Assembly (NCBI GenBank): GCA_050732695.1
Contig: JBOHRL010000053.1
Span: 42,495-106,494 of the forward strand
DNA: 64,000 nt
Source: Longimicrobiales bacterium
GTDB taxonomy: Bacteria > Gemmatimonadota > Gemmatimonadetes > Longimicrobiales > RSA9
Reading direction: 5' to 3'
Each line of letters begins with the position of its first letter. The first letter of the stretch is position 1. The translations under genes and the position numbers were made by a program. Of the stretch, positions 1 to 10,519 are shown piece by piece. Under the pieces are notes generated by a model that searched no databases, was not told the origin of the DNA, and worked only from the letters and a program-made list of their open reading frames with translations.

Positions 1-133
1 GCTTGAGCCAGATCTCGGCGGGTGCATCGACCATGTTGAGGCGGACGAGCGGTGTACGAAGCGCATGCGCGCGAATCCGTTCGGCAGCCGCCTCGACATC
101 GGTGAGGGTCGGCGGACGGAGTTCACGCAGCAT
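1..133 (-). CDS. PLP-dependent serine/threonine dehydratase-like enzyme, N-terminal fragment (gene continues past the window edge)
   Basis: Not in the ORF track because no stop lies inside the window. The reverse-strand ATG at 133-131 reads MLRELRPPTLTDVEAAAERIRAHALRTPLVRLNMVDAPAEIWLK. This is the usual N-terminus of fold-type II PLP enzymes (..TPL.., ..xLKxE..). It lies on the same strand, 47 nt downstream of the cyclodeaminase-family gene. Confidence 0.5.
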   Translation of the reverse strand, partial: MLRELRPPTLTDVEAAAERIRAHALRTPLVRLNMVDAPAEIWLK

Positions 134-146
134 GCGCTCTGATTGT

Positions 147-182
147 GGAGGAGTGGTTGGCTGCGGAGGAGTGGTTGGCTTC
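147..182. repeat. 18-nt tandem duplication (2 copies) in an intergenic spacer
   Basis: ggaggagtggttggct+gc (147-164) is followed directly by ggaggagtggttggct+tc (165-182). The 16-nt core is identical in both copies. Read directly from the sequence. Confidence 0.8.
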
Positions 183-1176
183 AAGCGTGACCTCCGATCG
201 GCACGGCGATCCCGCGGCCCTGGTCGAGTGCCTGCCTGTATGCGAACCACGCAGCCGCTACATCCTCGACGCCCAGCCCGAGTGATTCAAAGAGCGTGAT
301 CTCGTCGGGTTGCCGGCGTCCGCGCGCCGCGTCGCTCAACACATCACCCAGTTCGGCAACGATGTCGTCATCCGTGACGGCGCCCTCTGCCCGCGCGAGC
401 AAAAAGTCGCCGCACTCGGCCAGCACCGAATCACGCCGGTCCACAAACAGGCGTGAGCGCCGCAGCGCCGCTGCATCGAGTTCCCTTGCCGTGCGCACAC
501 TCGAACCGACGGCGTTCACGTGTGCGCCCGGCGCGAGCCAATCACCAGAGAGGATCGGTTCGCGGGCGGATGTCGTCGTACAAACCAGTGACGCATCGGC
601 GACTGCGCGCCGCGCGTCGGGACAGACCTCGATCGCGATGCCGTGGTGTGCGGACTCACGTCGCGCGAAGGATTCGGCATGTTCGGCATTGCGGCTCCAC
701 ACACGAACGCGGTCGCAGCGCCGTACCGCGAGCATCGCTTCGAGATGCGTCCGCGCCTGTGTCCCGCTTCCGAGGATGGCGAGATCTCCTGCATCAGCAC
801 GGGCCAGGAGACGCGTCGCGACACCACTCACGGCAGCAGTGCGAATGGCCGTGATTTCGCCTGCGTCGGCCAGTGCGAGCGGCCGCCCGTGCTGTGTCTC
901 GAACAGCAGGACGGAACCCTGATGCGCATCGTACGGAGTCCCGTGATTCCCCGGCATCACACTCACGACCTTGATGCCCATCACATTCGCAGGTCCGTAA
1001 TGAGCCGGCATCATCCCGAGCAACCCACTGCGGTCGGGCAGCCAGAGCAGCGTCCGCAGCGGGACCGTGGCGTCGCCTCGTGCGAGCGCGGAAAGCGCAT
1101 CTGCCATGAGATCGATGCATCGCGACATTGGAAGCAGCGCGCGCACGTCCTCGGCGGAGAGAGCCAGCATGTGCAT
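181..1176 (-). CDS. Ornithine cyclodeaminase / mu-crystallin family NAD(P)-dependent enzyme
   Basis: ORF 181..1290 trimmed to the MHMLALSAEDVRALLPM start (ATG 1176-1174). Family-typical blocks are present: ITAIRTAAVSGVATRLLAR, the Rossmann motif LAILGSGTQARTHLEA, GAHVNAVGS and ITLFESLGLGVEDVAAA. Confidence 0.9.
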   Translation of the reverse strand: MHMLALSAEDVRALLPMSRCIDLMADALSALARGDATVPLRTLLWLPDRSGLLGMMPAHYGPANVMGIKVVSVMPGNHGTPYDAHQGSVLLFETQHGRPLALADAGEITAIRTAAVSGVATRLLARADAGDLAILGSGTQARTHLEAMLAVRRCDRVRVWSRNAEHAESFARRESAHHGIAIEVCPDARRAVADASLVCTTTSAREPILSGDWLAPGAHVNAVGSSVRTARELDAAALRRSRLFVDRRDSVLAECGDFLLARAEGAVTDDDIVAELGDVLSDAARGRRQPDEITLFESLGLGVEDVAAAWFAYRQALDQGRGIAVPIGGHA

Positions 1177-1581
1177 GGCCCGCAAAGTACACAACGGCGA
1201 GCGACTTGCCGATGGCAAACGCGCTCGACGGCACGACCGCGCGCCGCACCTGCGCCAGCGCGGCAGCTCCTGGATGCCGAACCACATCACTGATGGTCAG
1301 CACTCACCCAGCCGGAAGCCCGCGTTCGGCTGAGGGCGCGGGCGAATCAGGCGTTGATCGATGCCCCGGATGAACCCCGGCCGCACCCGCCATGCGGGGC
1401 GCTCGAACATCGGATCGGAATAGCGGGCATGCAGCGCGGGATCGGTTTCGCGACTGTCCGGCACGAGGCTTGCGGCGAGCCGTATCGCCTGAGTTCACCA
1501 TCGTGCCCGGGAGCCATGGACGACTCCTTTCATTCTTTTTTTGCAGACCACGACGTGCCCTATCCCGTCCGGTTCGTGACG

Positions 1582-2385
1582 ATGTCTGCCCTGGCCGCCC
1601 ATTCCTGGCCCATGGCACGGCTGGCCTGTGCGTTGTTGTTCGCTTCACTCACGCCGGGCGCCGTTGCGGCCCAGCAGAGCGCCAATGCACCGGATGTGCG
1701 AATCATCGCGCCCGCGGATACGACGATCGTTGCAGGCGAGGGCGAGTTTCGTTTCCGACTTGTGGTCAGTGCACCCGTGCACGTGCGCGTGACTCTGGAT
1801 CGAGGCATAACGGTTGCACAGCACGAGGTATACGCAGGCGATCTTTCGGACGTGGCGGACATCTCGTGGAACGTACTCGATGCCGCGACGCAACAGGCGA
1901 TCGAGGGCGCGGTGCGACTCGATATCGTGGCGCAGGCGGCAGACGGTCAGACAGCGCGACTCCAGTTGCCGCTCACCATCACGGCGACTGGCGGTGACAC
2001 GATTCCGTTGCCGGGCATGCCGGCGGACACGGTCGATGTGTGGAAGCGATCGCCGACATTGCCGTCGATCGCGACGCTTGCGGCCGGTCTTCTCACGGGC
2101 GCCGCGGCCGTGTTGCTGCCGTCGGCGGTCGCCGTCGATGGCCGGGGCGCGCCGATCCGGTTTGCTATCGGTGGAACACTGGGCGCTGCGGGTGTCCTTG
2201 GCTTCCTTGCCCAACGCGAAAACCAACCGGACCGGAACGCAATCGAACGGAACCGGCTGACACGGGAGGCGTGGCAAGCGGCCATCGACCGCACGATCGA
2301 GGAAAACCGCCAGAGACGTGAGGTCCGGCTGCGCATCGTGACGCGCGAAGTGATGGAGGGAGCGGTGCGTGAGCCCGCGCGATGA
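1582..2385 (+). CDS. Hypothetical exported/membrane protein
   Basis: ORF 1354..2385 trimmed to ATG 1582, giving MSALAAHSWPMARLACALLFASLTPGAVAAQQ (signal-peptide-like). A later hydrophobic stretch reads LPSIATLAAGLLTGAAAVLLPSAVAV. I recognise no family. Confidence 0.5.
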   Translation: MSALAAHSWPMARLACALLFASLTPGAVAAQQSANAPDVRIIAPADTTIVAGEGEFRFRLVVSAPVHVRVTLDRGITVAQHEVYAGDLSDVADISWNVLDAATQQAIEGAVRLDIVAQAADGQTARLQLPLTITATGGDTIPLPGMPADTVDVWKRSPTLPSIATLAAGLLTGAAAVLLPSAVAVDGRGAPIRFAIGGTLGAAGVLGFLAQRENQPDRNAIERNRLTREAWQAAIDRTIEENRQRREVRLRIVTREVMEGAVREPAR

Positions 2386-2406
2386 CTCTGCCGGGACGGT
2401 GTCACG

Positions 2407-3210
2407 ATGAGCAAACGGTTCGTTGCGACACTCGCGCGCGTTGCGTTCGTACTCGCTCTGCTTTCCGTGATCGGCCAGCAGAGCGCCGAGGCGCAGTTGC
2501 TTCAGGGATCCGTGGCGGCTGCCGGTTCCGCCGTCGAACTGCGGTCCGTGCTGAATGGCAATCGCGAAACCTACCGGGGCTTTCTTGTCGGCTTCGAAGG
2601 AAGAGTGACGTGGAATCGGCTGGGCCTGCGGGCAGGCTACGGACAGGGACCGCTCGACCGCACGTTCGTCGATTTCAACGATCGGCAACTGGTGGACGCG
2701 TTCACGCGCCTCGATGTGCTTGTCGTCGAGGGCCTGGAACTGGGCATCGCCGTGCGCGGGCGCGCTTACTCTGCCGGGTCGCCGAGCGGGCCGGGTCTGC
2801 TGCGTCTCGCCGTTGGCGGCGGACAGCAGGCAGGCGTGAAGCGCTGGCTTCTGTGGGAGATACACGGACGTTACGAGAGACGCGTGCTTCCGGAACTGTT
2901 GGGCGTGTACGCAGACGGCTGGCTGACCCGGCCGCTTCGCGTCAATCCGGGTGAGGTCTACCACGGCGGGCGGGGCGGAGAGGTTGGCCTCTCGGTGGAA
3001 CCGGGCGCCCCACCCGTCACGGTGCGCTTCGGCTATGCGATCGACGAGATCCGGATCGGATCGCTGGGCCGGCGCGAAACCGTTGAACGCGTGACCCTCT
3101 CGATTGGTTATGCCATTGGCGGCGTCCGTGGTGGCAGTGCAGCGGCGTTATCCGGGAGCAGCCGTGATGAGGGCGCAGTACGACCCGGACGCACGCCCCT
3201 TCGACCCTGA
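2407..3210 (+). CDS. Hypothetical secreted protein (beta-rich, possibly outer-membrane)
   Basis: The N-terminus [30 protein letters not shown] looks like a Sec signal. Alternating G/aromatic-rich strands follow ([37 protein letters not shown]). No family assigned. Confidence 0.5.
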   Translation: MSKRFVATLARVAFVLALLSVIGQQSAEAQLLQGSVAAAGSAVELRSVLNGNRETYRGFLVGFEGRVTWNRLGLRAGYGQGPLDRTFVDFNDRQLVDAFTRLDVLVVEGLELGIAVRGRAYSAGSPSGPGLLRLAVGGGQQAGVKRWLLWEIHGRYERRVLPELLGVYADGWLTRPLRVNPGEVYHGGRGGEVGLSVEPGAPPVTVRFGYAIDEIRIGSLGRRETVERVTLSIGYAIGGVRGGSAAALSGSSRDEGAVRPGRTPLRP

Positions 3211-3370
3211 CGAGTTTGCGGAGATAACCCGACCGGCGCAGCGAACGCCCACGCCCCTCGCGCAGTTCTTCTCCGTTGTGCATTCTTCGGCCCGCCGCGA
3301 GCACTTCGCATCGCAGCCCGGCCCGAGCGCCGCGCAAGCCCTCGCTCCTTCGCGGAGACGATCCGTCCCC

Positions 3371-4618
3371 ATGACCGGTCAGAGAGTCGTACTTGCCTAC
3401 AGTGGCGGTCTGGATACCGCCTGTATCCTCAGATGGTTGCTCGAGCGCGGCCACGATGTCATTGCGTACGTGGCCGACGTCGGCCAACGCGAGGACTTCC
3501 AGAGCGTCGCGGAACGGGCCCGAGCGACCGGTGCATCGAAGGTGTTCGTCGAAGACCTGAAACGCGAGTTCGTCACCGATTACATCTTCCCCGCCATCGC
3601 CGGCAATGCGATCTACGAGAATCGGTACCTGCTCGGTACGTCGCTGGCCCGACCCATCATCGCGAAACGGCAGGTCGAGATCGCGATTGCCGAAGACGCG
3701 GGTGCGCTTGCCCACGGCGCGACCGGAAAAGGTAACGATCAGGTCCGCTTCGAGCTTGCGTTCGCGGCCCTCGCGCCCCAGCGCGAGGTTTTCTCACCGT
3801 GGAAGGATCTCGAATTCCTGTCGCGGTTCAAGGGACGATCCGATCTCATCCGCTATGCGAAGGAGCACAGGATCCCGGTCGAGGCAACCGCGGAGAAGCC
3901 ATACAGCAGCGATGAGAATCTGATGCATCGTTCCTATGAGGCAGGCATTCTCGAGGACCCGCTCACGGCGCCCCAGGAAGAGATGTTTCGCCTCACACGC
4001 AGCCTCGCCGACACGCCCGACTCGCCGGCCAACCTCGAGATCCATTTCGACGATGCGATGCCGACGCGTGTCGTCAACCTCGACGACGGCACCGAATTCG
4101 ACGAACCGCTCGCCCTCTTCGAGTACCTCAACGACGTCGGCGGCCTGCACGGCATCGGCCGCGTCGACATGGTCGAGAACCGCTTCGTCGGCATCAAATC
4201 GCGCGGTGTGTATGAGACGCCGGGCGGCACCGTCCTGCACCACGCGATCCGCGATCTCGAGGGCCTCGCCATGGACCGCGAAGTCCTGCGCCTCCGTGAC
4301 TCGCTCTCGCCTCGCTTCGCCGAATTCATCTACAACGGCTTCTGGTTCAGTCCCGAGATGGACTTCATCCGTGCTGCCTTCGCACAGTCCGAAAAGTTGA
4401 TCGACGGCTTCGTCCGCGTACAGCTCTTCCGCGGTAACGTGATCCCTCGCGGCCGCGAATCCCCGTACTCGCGCTACGACCGCGATCTCTCCTCGATGGA
4501 CGTCGAGGGCGGGTACGACCAGACCGATGCCCGCGGCTTCATTCGTATCAATGCGCTACGACTGCGCGCGCATAAGCTCATCCTCCGGCAGGCAGGCGAG
4601 AACGGAGCAACGACGTAA
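3371..4618 (+). CDS. argG: Argininosuccinate synthase
   Basis: ORF 3104..4618 trimmed to [23 protein letters not shown] (ATG 3371), which contains the ATP-pyrophosphatase motif. Later blocks match ArgG: [28 protein letters not shown] and [19 protein letters not shown]. Confidence 0.95.
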   Translation: MTGQRVVLAYSGGLDTACILRWLLERGHDVIAYVADVGQREDFQSVAERARATGASKVFVEDLKREFVTDYIFPAIAGNAIYENRYLLGTSLARPIIAKRQVEIAIAEDAGALAHGATGKGNDQVRFELAFAALAPQREVFSPWKDLEFLSRFKGRSDLIRYAKEHRIPVEATAEKPYSSDENLMHRSYEAGILEDPLTAPQEEMFRLTRSLADTPDSPANLEIHFDDAMPTRVVNLDDGTEFDEPLALFEYLNDVGGLHGIGRVDMVENRFVGIKSRGVYETPGGTVLHHAIRDLEGLAMDREVLRLRDSLSPRFAEFIYNGFWFSPEMDFIRAAFAQSEKLIDGFVRVQLFRGNVIPRGRESPYSRYDRDLSSMDVEGGYDQTDARGFIRINALRLRAHKLILRQAGENGATT

Positions 4619-4684
4619 CCCCTGCGCAACCATCTTCGGCTCGCCGTGGTCCTCGTCAGCCGCGCAGCGCCTGTCCTGGCGGAG

Positions 4685-6709
4685 TCAGGGCAGACGCAAC
4701 GCGACCAGCGAACCGGGGTGTTGTCCACTGCCGACGGCGACGACGATGTACTGCCGGCCATCGTGGAGAAACGTCATGGGTGCCGTGTTGGTCGGGGCCG
4801 GCAATTGGACGGTGGCGATCTCGTCGCCGGTCTGTTTGTTGACGGCGTGGAAGAGTGGCGCGCCGCCGCGGCCTTCGCCGTAGATGAGGAGAGTGCTGGT
4901 GACGAGGGCGGTCGCATGTGTTCCCTTCCCTGTTCGTGGCAGGTCGATGCCGCGCAACATGGGATGGTTCTTGATGTCGTCGGGCGTATCACCGTTGGGA
5001 ATCCACCAGAGCGTCTCGCCGGTGTTGAGGTCGATGGCGGTAATGCGGCCGTACGGCGGCTTGTAGAGAGGCAGGTCCTCGACGCCACCGACGCCGCCGG
5101 GTCCGCGTGTGACCCAGTCCATGGTCGCGGCCGAGTCCACCTCGGTGCCGGGGATCAGCTGCGGGGCGCTGCACGCTTTCGTCGATGCGACGTAGAGGAT
5201 GCCTGACTCGGGGTCGACGACAGCGCCGCCAGGGATGTTGGTACCGCCGTTGGCGCCGGGGCAATGGATGGAAGCGCGGGTTCCGTCGGGCGCGTCGCGC
5301 AGGGAAGGCGGATTGAAGAGGGGGCCGATGCGATAATTCTTGATCACGTCGACGGCAGCGCGGCGAAGCGCGGGCGTGAAGTCGATGAGATCATCTTCGG
5401 TCAGGCCCTGCATCTCGTACGCAGCCGGCCGGGTCGGGAAGGGCTGGGTCGGCGAGGTGTGTTCGCCGGGCACATCGGATTGGGGGACAGGCCTTTCCTC
5501 GATGGGCCAGATGGGTTCGCCGGTCACGCGGTTGAACACGTAGGCGAAGGATTGCTTCGTCGTCTGCACGAGTGCAGGGACCTGTTGGCCGTTGACGGTC
5601 AGATCGACGAGGTTGGGGGCAGTGGGGTTGTCATAATTCCAGATGTCGTGGTGAACGGTCTGGAAATGCCAGATCCTCTCGCCGGTCTGCACGTCGAGGG
5701 CAATGATGCTGGTTGCGAACAGGCCATCGCCGGCGCGGAAGCCACCGAAGTAGTCGTTCGTGGGCGGGTCCGTGACGACGTAGACGATGCCGCGCTCGAG
5801 GTCAGCGGACATGGGTGCCCACGCGGACACGTTGCCGGTGTACGACCATGCGTCGGTTTCCCACGTTTCATGACCGAATTCACCGGGCCGTGGGATGACG
5901 TTGAAGCGCCAGAGGTGCCGGCCGGAACGCGCATCGTAAGCCAGGATGTTGCCGGGCACGTTCTCCTTGCGTGTCTGGTAGTAGCCCTGCTCATGTGCGT
6001 TGCCGACGACGATCACGCCGTTCACGATGATGGGTGGCGATGAGTTCGTGATGTAACCGACCTCGGGCGGCAGGCCTTCGGTCGGGTGGTGTTCGTAGCC
6101 GAGATCATTGAGCAGATCGACTGTGCCGTTGTCGCCGAAAGACTCGATGGGAACACCGGTCCCGGCGTCGAGGGCGTGCAGGAAGAAAGCGGGCGTTACC
6201 ACGTAGATCACGCCGCGGCCGTCGATGCGATCGTAGGCGACGCCCTTGCCATAATTCTTGCGCATCGAGTCTTCCCACCGTTTGGTGGGCGCCTCGCGGA
6301 ACGTCCAGAGCGTTTCGCCGGTCGCCGGATCGATGGCTGCGACCGTGCGTCGTGCGCCGGCGACGGTGAACAGTTTGCCTTCGGCGTAGATGGGTGTGGC
6401 GCGCAGGATGTTATCGGTCTCTGGACCGAAGTTGTCACCACGCCAGACCCAGGCGACTTCGAGGTTCGCGAAGTTGGACGAGTCGATCTGCGTCAGCGGT
6501 GAGTAACGCGTGCTCCACGAGTCTCCGCCCCAGTAGCGCCATTCGCCTTCTGGCGTACCGCGCGGTCCGGTCATCTCTTCCTCGGCTGTCGTCGCGGCGC
6601 CGCCTGGCTCGGCCGGTGCGCAGCTCGCCGCCATCGACCCGATGATCATGGACAACACGGCCAGCAGGGCGGTAGTGGACTTCGGGAAACGCATCCCGAC
6701 TCGCGGCAT
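4685..6709 (-). CDS. PQQ-dependent dehydrogenase (quinoprotein beta-propeller), lipoprotein
   Basis: WRYWGGDSWSTRYSPLTQIDSSNFANLEVAWVWRG and repeated PQQ-propeller W-motifs are present. The N-terminus MPRVGMRFPKSTTALLAVLSMIIGSMAASC carries a lipobox. The start is either 6709 or 6694. Confidence 0.88.
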   Translation of the reverse strand: MPRVGMRFPKSTTALLAVLSMIIGSMAASCAPAEPGGAATTAEEEMTGPRGTPEGEWRYWGGDSWSTRYSPLTQIDSSNFANLEVAWVWRGDNFGPETDNILRATPIYAEGKLFTVAGARRTVAAIDPATGETLWTFREAPTKRWEDSMRKNYGKGVAYDRIDGRGVIYVVTPAFFLHALDAGTGVPIESFGDNGTVDLLNDLGYEHHPTEGLPPEVGYITNSSPPIIVNGVIVVGNAHEQGYYQTRKENVPGNILAYDARSGRHLWRFNVIPRPGEFGHETWETDAWSYTGNVSAWAPMSADLERGIVYVVTDPPTNDYFGGFRAGDGLFATSIIALDVQTGERIWHFQTVHHDIWNYDNPTAPNLVDLTVNGQQVPALVQTTKQSFAYVFNRVTGEPIWPIEERPVPQSDVPGEHTSPTQPFPTRPAAYEMQGLTEDDLIDFTPALRRAAVDVIKNYRIGPLFNPPSLRDAPDGTRASIHCPGANGGTNIPGGAVVDPESGILYVASTKACSAPQLIPGTEVDSAATMDWVTRGPGGVGGVEDLPLYKPPYGRITAIDLNTGETLWWIPNGDTPDDIKNHPMLRGIDLPRTGKGTHATALVTSTLLIYGEGRGGAPLFHAVNKQTGDEIATVQLPAPTNTAPMTFLHDGRQYIVVAVGSGQHPGSLVALRLP

Positions 6710-6814
6710 CGTGACCTCGCAGGAAGTGGTGGATCCACGCCACTCGATCGGCGCATGGACTGAAGCATGGACCGTTGGGGCGACCATCGGGCTGTCTCGT
6801 CGCCGCTGTTGCCC

Positions 6815-9800
6815 TCACCCGCCGCGGCCGGGGCGTCGTGAGCGAATCGGCGGTGGCGGTTCCGCCTTGCGCTCGAAGGTCTGCGTTTCAAGCAGGCGCA
6901 TGGCCTCCTGTACGGCGCGCTCGAGCTGCGGATCGTGACCGGCAATCACGTCCTTCGGCATCATCTCGACCTCGATGTCGGGCGCCACGCCCTCGTTCTC
7001 GACTGACCAGTCTCCATCGATGTCGAAGAAGCCGCCGCGTGGAGCGATCATGACGCCGCCGTCGAGCAGCGGCGGCGTATCCCACGTTCCGACGAGACCG
7101 CCCCAGGTGCGTGTGCCGACCAGCGGGCCGACATCGTAATAACGGAACATGTAAGGCATGAGGTCCCCGCCGGAGCCAGCCATTTCGTTGATGATCATCA
7201 CCTTCGGTCCCCAGATCCCGGCCGCGGGAGATGTGAACGGGCGCCGTTCGCCGACGGGATTGTTGAAGTAGCCGTGTGGCTGGCGCGCGAGCAGATCGAC
7301 GATGTAGTCCGCAGCGGAGCCGCCGCCGTTGAAGCGTTCGTCGATGACGGCGCCTTCGCGATCCTGTTGTGCGAAGTAATAGCGGTTGAAGTTGGTGTAG
7401 CCGCCCTGTCCTGTGTTCGGCAACCAGACGTAGGCGAGGCGGCCGCCGGAGAGTTCGTCGACCTTGCGGCGGTTGCTCTCGATCCATTCACGCTGGCGCA
7501 GCTGGCCTTCACTGGAAACCGGGACAACGGTCACGAGTCGTGAGCCCTGGCCGTCCGGGTCGGGCCCAACGCGCAGAGTCGTCTGTCGGTTGGCGGTGCC
7601 CTCGAACAGGCGGTACGGAGTGGCGGGTGGTATCACCTCGACACCATTCACTTCGAGCAGGTAATCGCCTTGGCTGACAGCGATGCCGGGCTCGGCGAGG
7701 GGCGCACGCACGCTCGGGTTCCACAGCTCGCCCGTGTAGATCTTCGCGATCCTGTAGCGGCCGTTCGCGATTTCGAAGTCCGCGCCGAGCAGGCCGACCG
7801 GGTACTCGGGCACGTCCGGGTTGTCGCCGCCGCGCACGAACGAGTGACCGACCGCGACTTCACCGCCCATCCAGTCGAGCAGGTAATTCAGGTCCGTGCG
7901 ATGCGCGACGTGCGCGAGCATCGGTTCATACATGGCCATGGTGCGCGCGTAGTCCACGCCATGCATGTTATCGACGTAGAGGTAGTCGCGCTGGAAGCGC
8001 CAACCTTCGTGGAACATCTGCTCGAACTCGGCGCGCGGGTCTACACGCATACGCAGGCCGGCGACATCGATGCGCCCGGCGCTCGCTGCTGGAGGTGCGC
8101 GATCGCTGTCGACGACACTCCAGTTCTGACCACTGCGGTACAGTACCTTCTTCCGGTCCGCGGAGAGGGTGTAGAACTGCGCACCTGTCGCGAACTCGGC
8201 GGCTTCGCGCTCGCGCACGTTGTACCGGCGCAGCGTTGTGCCCGAGCCACCCTGTCCGCCGCCGGGACTTGACTCGAGGTAGAAGATCATTCCTTCGGCA
8301 CCTGCCTGTAGACTGCGGTAGTCGCGCTGCGGCACCGGTACCGGTACGATGCGCCGGTCAATGCCATCGAAATCGATATCGACGCGAACGTCGCGCGTGG
8401 AGGTGCGCCTGCCGGTGCTGTCACTCGCGGCACCGGTGCCGCGCGCGGGGGCGGCGCCGGCGCTGGCGGCCGTATCGCCGGCTTCGTCGCCCTTCACGGG
8501 CAGGAACGGTGAAGCATCGGCCTGCTTCAGGACGGCGAGATACACACCGCGCGAGGCCGGCCGGTCATACGACGTCATGTCAAGCCAGCCCGTGTTCAGC
8601 CCGAAGTCCGTGCCGGCCAGGAAGTAGAGGTATTTGCCGGAGGCGTCCCACGCCGGCGCCGTTGCATCGGAATAGCCGTCCGTCAGTTGATGGGTCTGCC
8701 CGGTTTCGACGGAGTAGACGAAGATGGCGTGCAGCAGGTTGTCGAGCCGCTTCGCATAAGCGATCCAGCGCGAATCGGGGCTCCACACGGGATCGAGCGA
8801 TCGTGTCGGAACCATCCACGCGTCGGTATCGATGTGTTTCGCTTCCCCTCGCTCGACATCGACCAGCCACAGGCGCAAGTCAGTGTCCGTGAAAAGGATC
8901 CTCTTCGAGTCTGGTGACCATGCGGGCGTGTAGTAGAAGCGCGGGTCGGGCATGGTGATTTCGCGGCGCTCGCCGATGCCGTCCTGCGGCGCGATAACGA
9001 GGCGGTATTCGCCACTGGCATCGCTGAACCACGAAACATGTCTCCCGTCTGGCGACCATGCCGGGGTTCGCTCGGACGTGCCCGGCGTACGGGTGAGATT
9101 TCGCCAGTCGGCATCCTCCTCGGCGGGCACCGTGAAGATCTCGCCGCGTGCCTCGAAGATCGCGCGCTTGCCAGTCGCCGAGAGTTGCGCGTTCGTGAGC
9201 CGGTTCGCGACGCCTTCCCAGCTGGGCGTGAGCCACGGAAAATCGCCGCGTACGCGGATCTCGACGCGCTGCGCCTGTCCCGAGGCAGGATCGAGCGTAT
9301 GGATCCAGCCGGCCTGTTCGAGTACCAGTGTGGTACCGTCCGTGCCGAGCGTCTTGACATCGAAATCGGTAAAATGCGTGATCTGTCGAAGCTGCTTCGT
9401 GCCGGTGTCGTAGCCCCATACATTGGCGGCCCAGTCGCGATCGGAGAGGAAATAGACAGTCTGCTCGATCCAGACCGGCTGCCCATCCTCCGAACCCTCC
9501 CATGGGCCGACTTCTTCGACATCGTAATCATCCATGTCGAGGATCCAGACAGGCCGGTTCTGCCCGCCGCGGTAATTGCGCCATTCCTCGTCCCACTCGT
9601 TGGGCATGCGATAGGCGAAGCGGCGGCCATCGGGTGAGAACGAGCCCTGGTACGCACGCGGCATGGGCAGCGCCTGCGGCATATCGGCGTCCAGGCCCAC
9701 GGTCCAGAACCGGCTGCCGGATGGGGCATTCGTGCGACCGGACGCGAACACGATCCGGCGCCCATCGGGTGTCCAGCCCTGTACGACGTCCGCACCCGGA

Positions 9801-10183
9801 TGCCATGTCAGGCGGCTTGGTTCCCCGCCGCCCGCGGGCGCGACATGGACGTCCGTATTTCCGGCATATTCCGCGCTGAAGGCGAGCCACTGGCCGTCCG
9901 GCGAGAAGCGCGGGCTGGTCTCCTGTCCCTGAAAGCTCGTGATGCGCTTCGCTTCTCCGCCGCTGCGCGGTACGACCCAGATATCGTTCGCATACTCGAA
10001 TGCGATGGACGTCGCGCTGAGCGACGGGTTCCGCACGAGCCGGGTCGGACCGGGATCCGCCGGATTCCGTCCGTTCGCGCCCACCGCCACGGTCGCCGCA
10101 CTCTGCGCGCCGGCCGGGACAGCGCTCAGCAGGAACACGAACGAAAGGGCCGAGGCACGAAGAACCGCGCGGCTGCATCGCAT
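6815..10183 (-). CDS. Tricorn-like protease (TolB-type beta-propellers + PDZ + S41 peptidase core)
   Basis: ORF 6815..10225 trimmed to MRCSRAVLRASALSFVFLLSAVPAGAQ. Many SPDG(R/Q)xxAF propeller blades are present. The C-terminal S41/tricorn block is VMIINEMAGSGGDLMPYMF, matching the tricorn NExAGSDGD serine motif. Confidence 0.88.
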   Translation of the reverse strand: MRCSRAVLRASALSFVFLLSAVPAGAQSAATVAVGANGRNPADPGPTRLVRNPSLSATSIAFEYANDIWVVPRSGGEAKRITSFQGQETSPRFSPDGQWLAFSAEYAGNTDVHVAPAGGGEPSRLTWHPGADVVQGWTPDGRRIVFASGRTNAPSGSRFWTVGLDADMPQALPMPRAYQGSFSPDGRRFAYRMPNEWDEEWRNYRGGQNRPVWILDMDDYDVEEVGPWEGSEDGQPVWIEQTVYFLSDRDWAANVWGYDTGTKQLRQITHFTDFDVKTLGTDGTTLVLEQAGWIHTLDPASGQAQRVEIRVRGDFPWLTPSWEGVANRLTNAQLSATGKRAIFEARGEIFTVPAEEDADWRNLTRTPGTSERTPAWSPDGRHVSWFSDASGEYRLVIAPQDGIGERREITMPDPRFYYTPAWSPDSKRILFTDTDLRLWLVDVERGEAKHIDTDAWMVPTRSLDPVWSPDSRWIAYAKRLDNLLHAIFVYSVETGQTHQLTDGYSDATAPAWDASGKYLYFLAGTDFGLNTGWLDMTSYDRPASRGVYLAVLKQADASPFLPVKGDEAGDTAASAGAAPARGTGAASDSTGRRTSTRDVRVDIDFDGIDRRIVPVPVPQRDYRSLQAGAEGMIFYLESSPGGGQGGSGTTLRRYNVREREAAEFATGAQFYTLSADRKKVLYRSGQNWSVVDSDRAPPAASAGRIDVAGLRMRVDPRAEFEQMFHEGWRFQRDYLYVDNMHGVDYARTMAMYEPMLAHVAHRTDLNYLLDWMGGEVAVGHSFVRGGDNPDVPEYPVGLLGADFEIANGRYRIAKIYTGELWNPSVRAPLAEPGIAVSQGDYLLEVNGVEVIPPATPYRLFEGTANRQTTLRVGPDPDGQGSRLVTVVPVSSEGQLRQREWIESNRRKVDELSGGRLAYVWLPNTGQGGYTNFNRYYFAQQDREGAVIDERFNGGGSAADYIVDLLARQPHGYFNNPVGERRPFTSPAAGIWGPKVMIINEMAGSGGDLMPYMFRYYDVGPLVGTRTWGGLVGTWDTPPLLDGGVMIAPRGGFFDIDGDWSVENEGVAPDIEVEMMPKDVIAGHDPQLERAVQEAMRLLETQTFERKAEPPPPIRSRRPGRGG

Positions 10184-10292
10184 GACACTTCTCCGGGACT
10201 GGGGACTCGAAGCGGTGACGATCACGCCTACGTTAGTCGGATCCCACGCTCCCGGCTATGCAGCCAATGACATGACGTCGGGTGAAGTGTGA

Positions 10293-10436
10293 GGGTGATC
10301 AAAGGTGAGGGTGGGGGGCTTCGGGTGGGGGTGAGGGCTCCTGCGGGCCCGGTGGGGAAGTCGGGAATGGACGTCGGGCGATGGTCCTCGGCCCCGGCCC
10401 GCACCCGCGTTTCCCCACCCTCACCTTTGATTACCC
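10293..10436. repeat. Long inverted repeat (24-nt arms, 96-nt partly self-complementary spacer)
   Basis: The arms are gggtgatcaaaggtgagggtgggg (10293-10316) and ccccaccctcacctttgattaccc (10413-10436). They are complementary at 23 of 24 positions, and the exception is a G:T pair. Extra complementary blocks sit inside the spacer: cgggtg/cacccg and tgcgggcc/ggcccgca. Confidence 0.75.
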
Positions 10437-10519
10437 CCACCCTTACCCGTCTTCTCTGTCGGGCTTTGCCCGGCCTGCCCCCCGGTCGCCCCATCTGGCC
10501 GGGTTGGCGGCGCTGGTGA

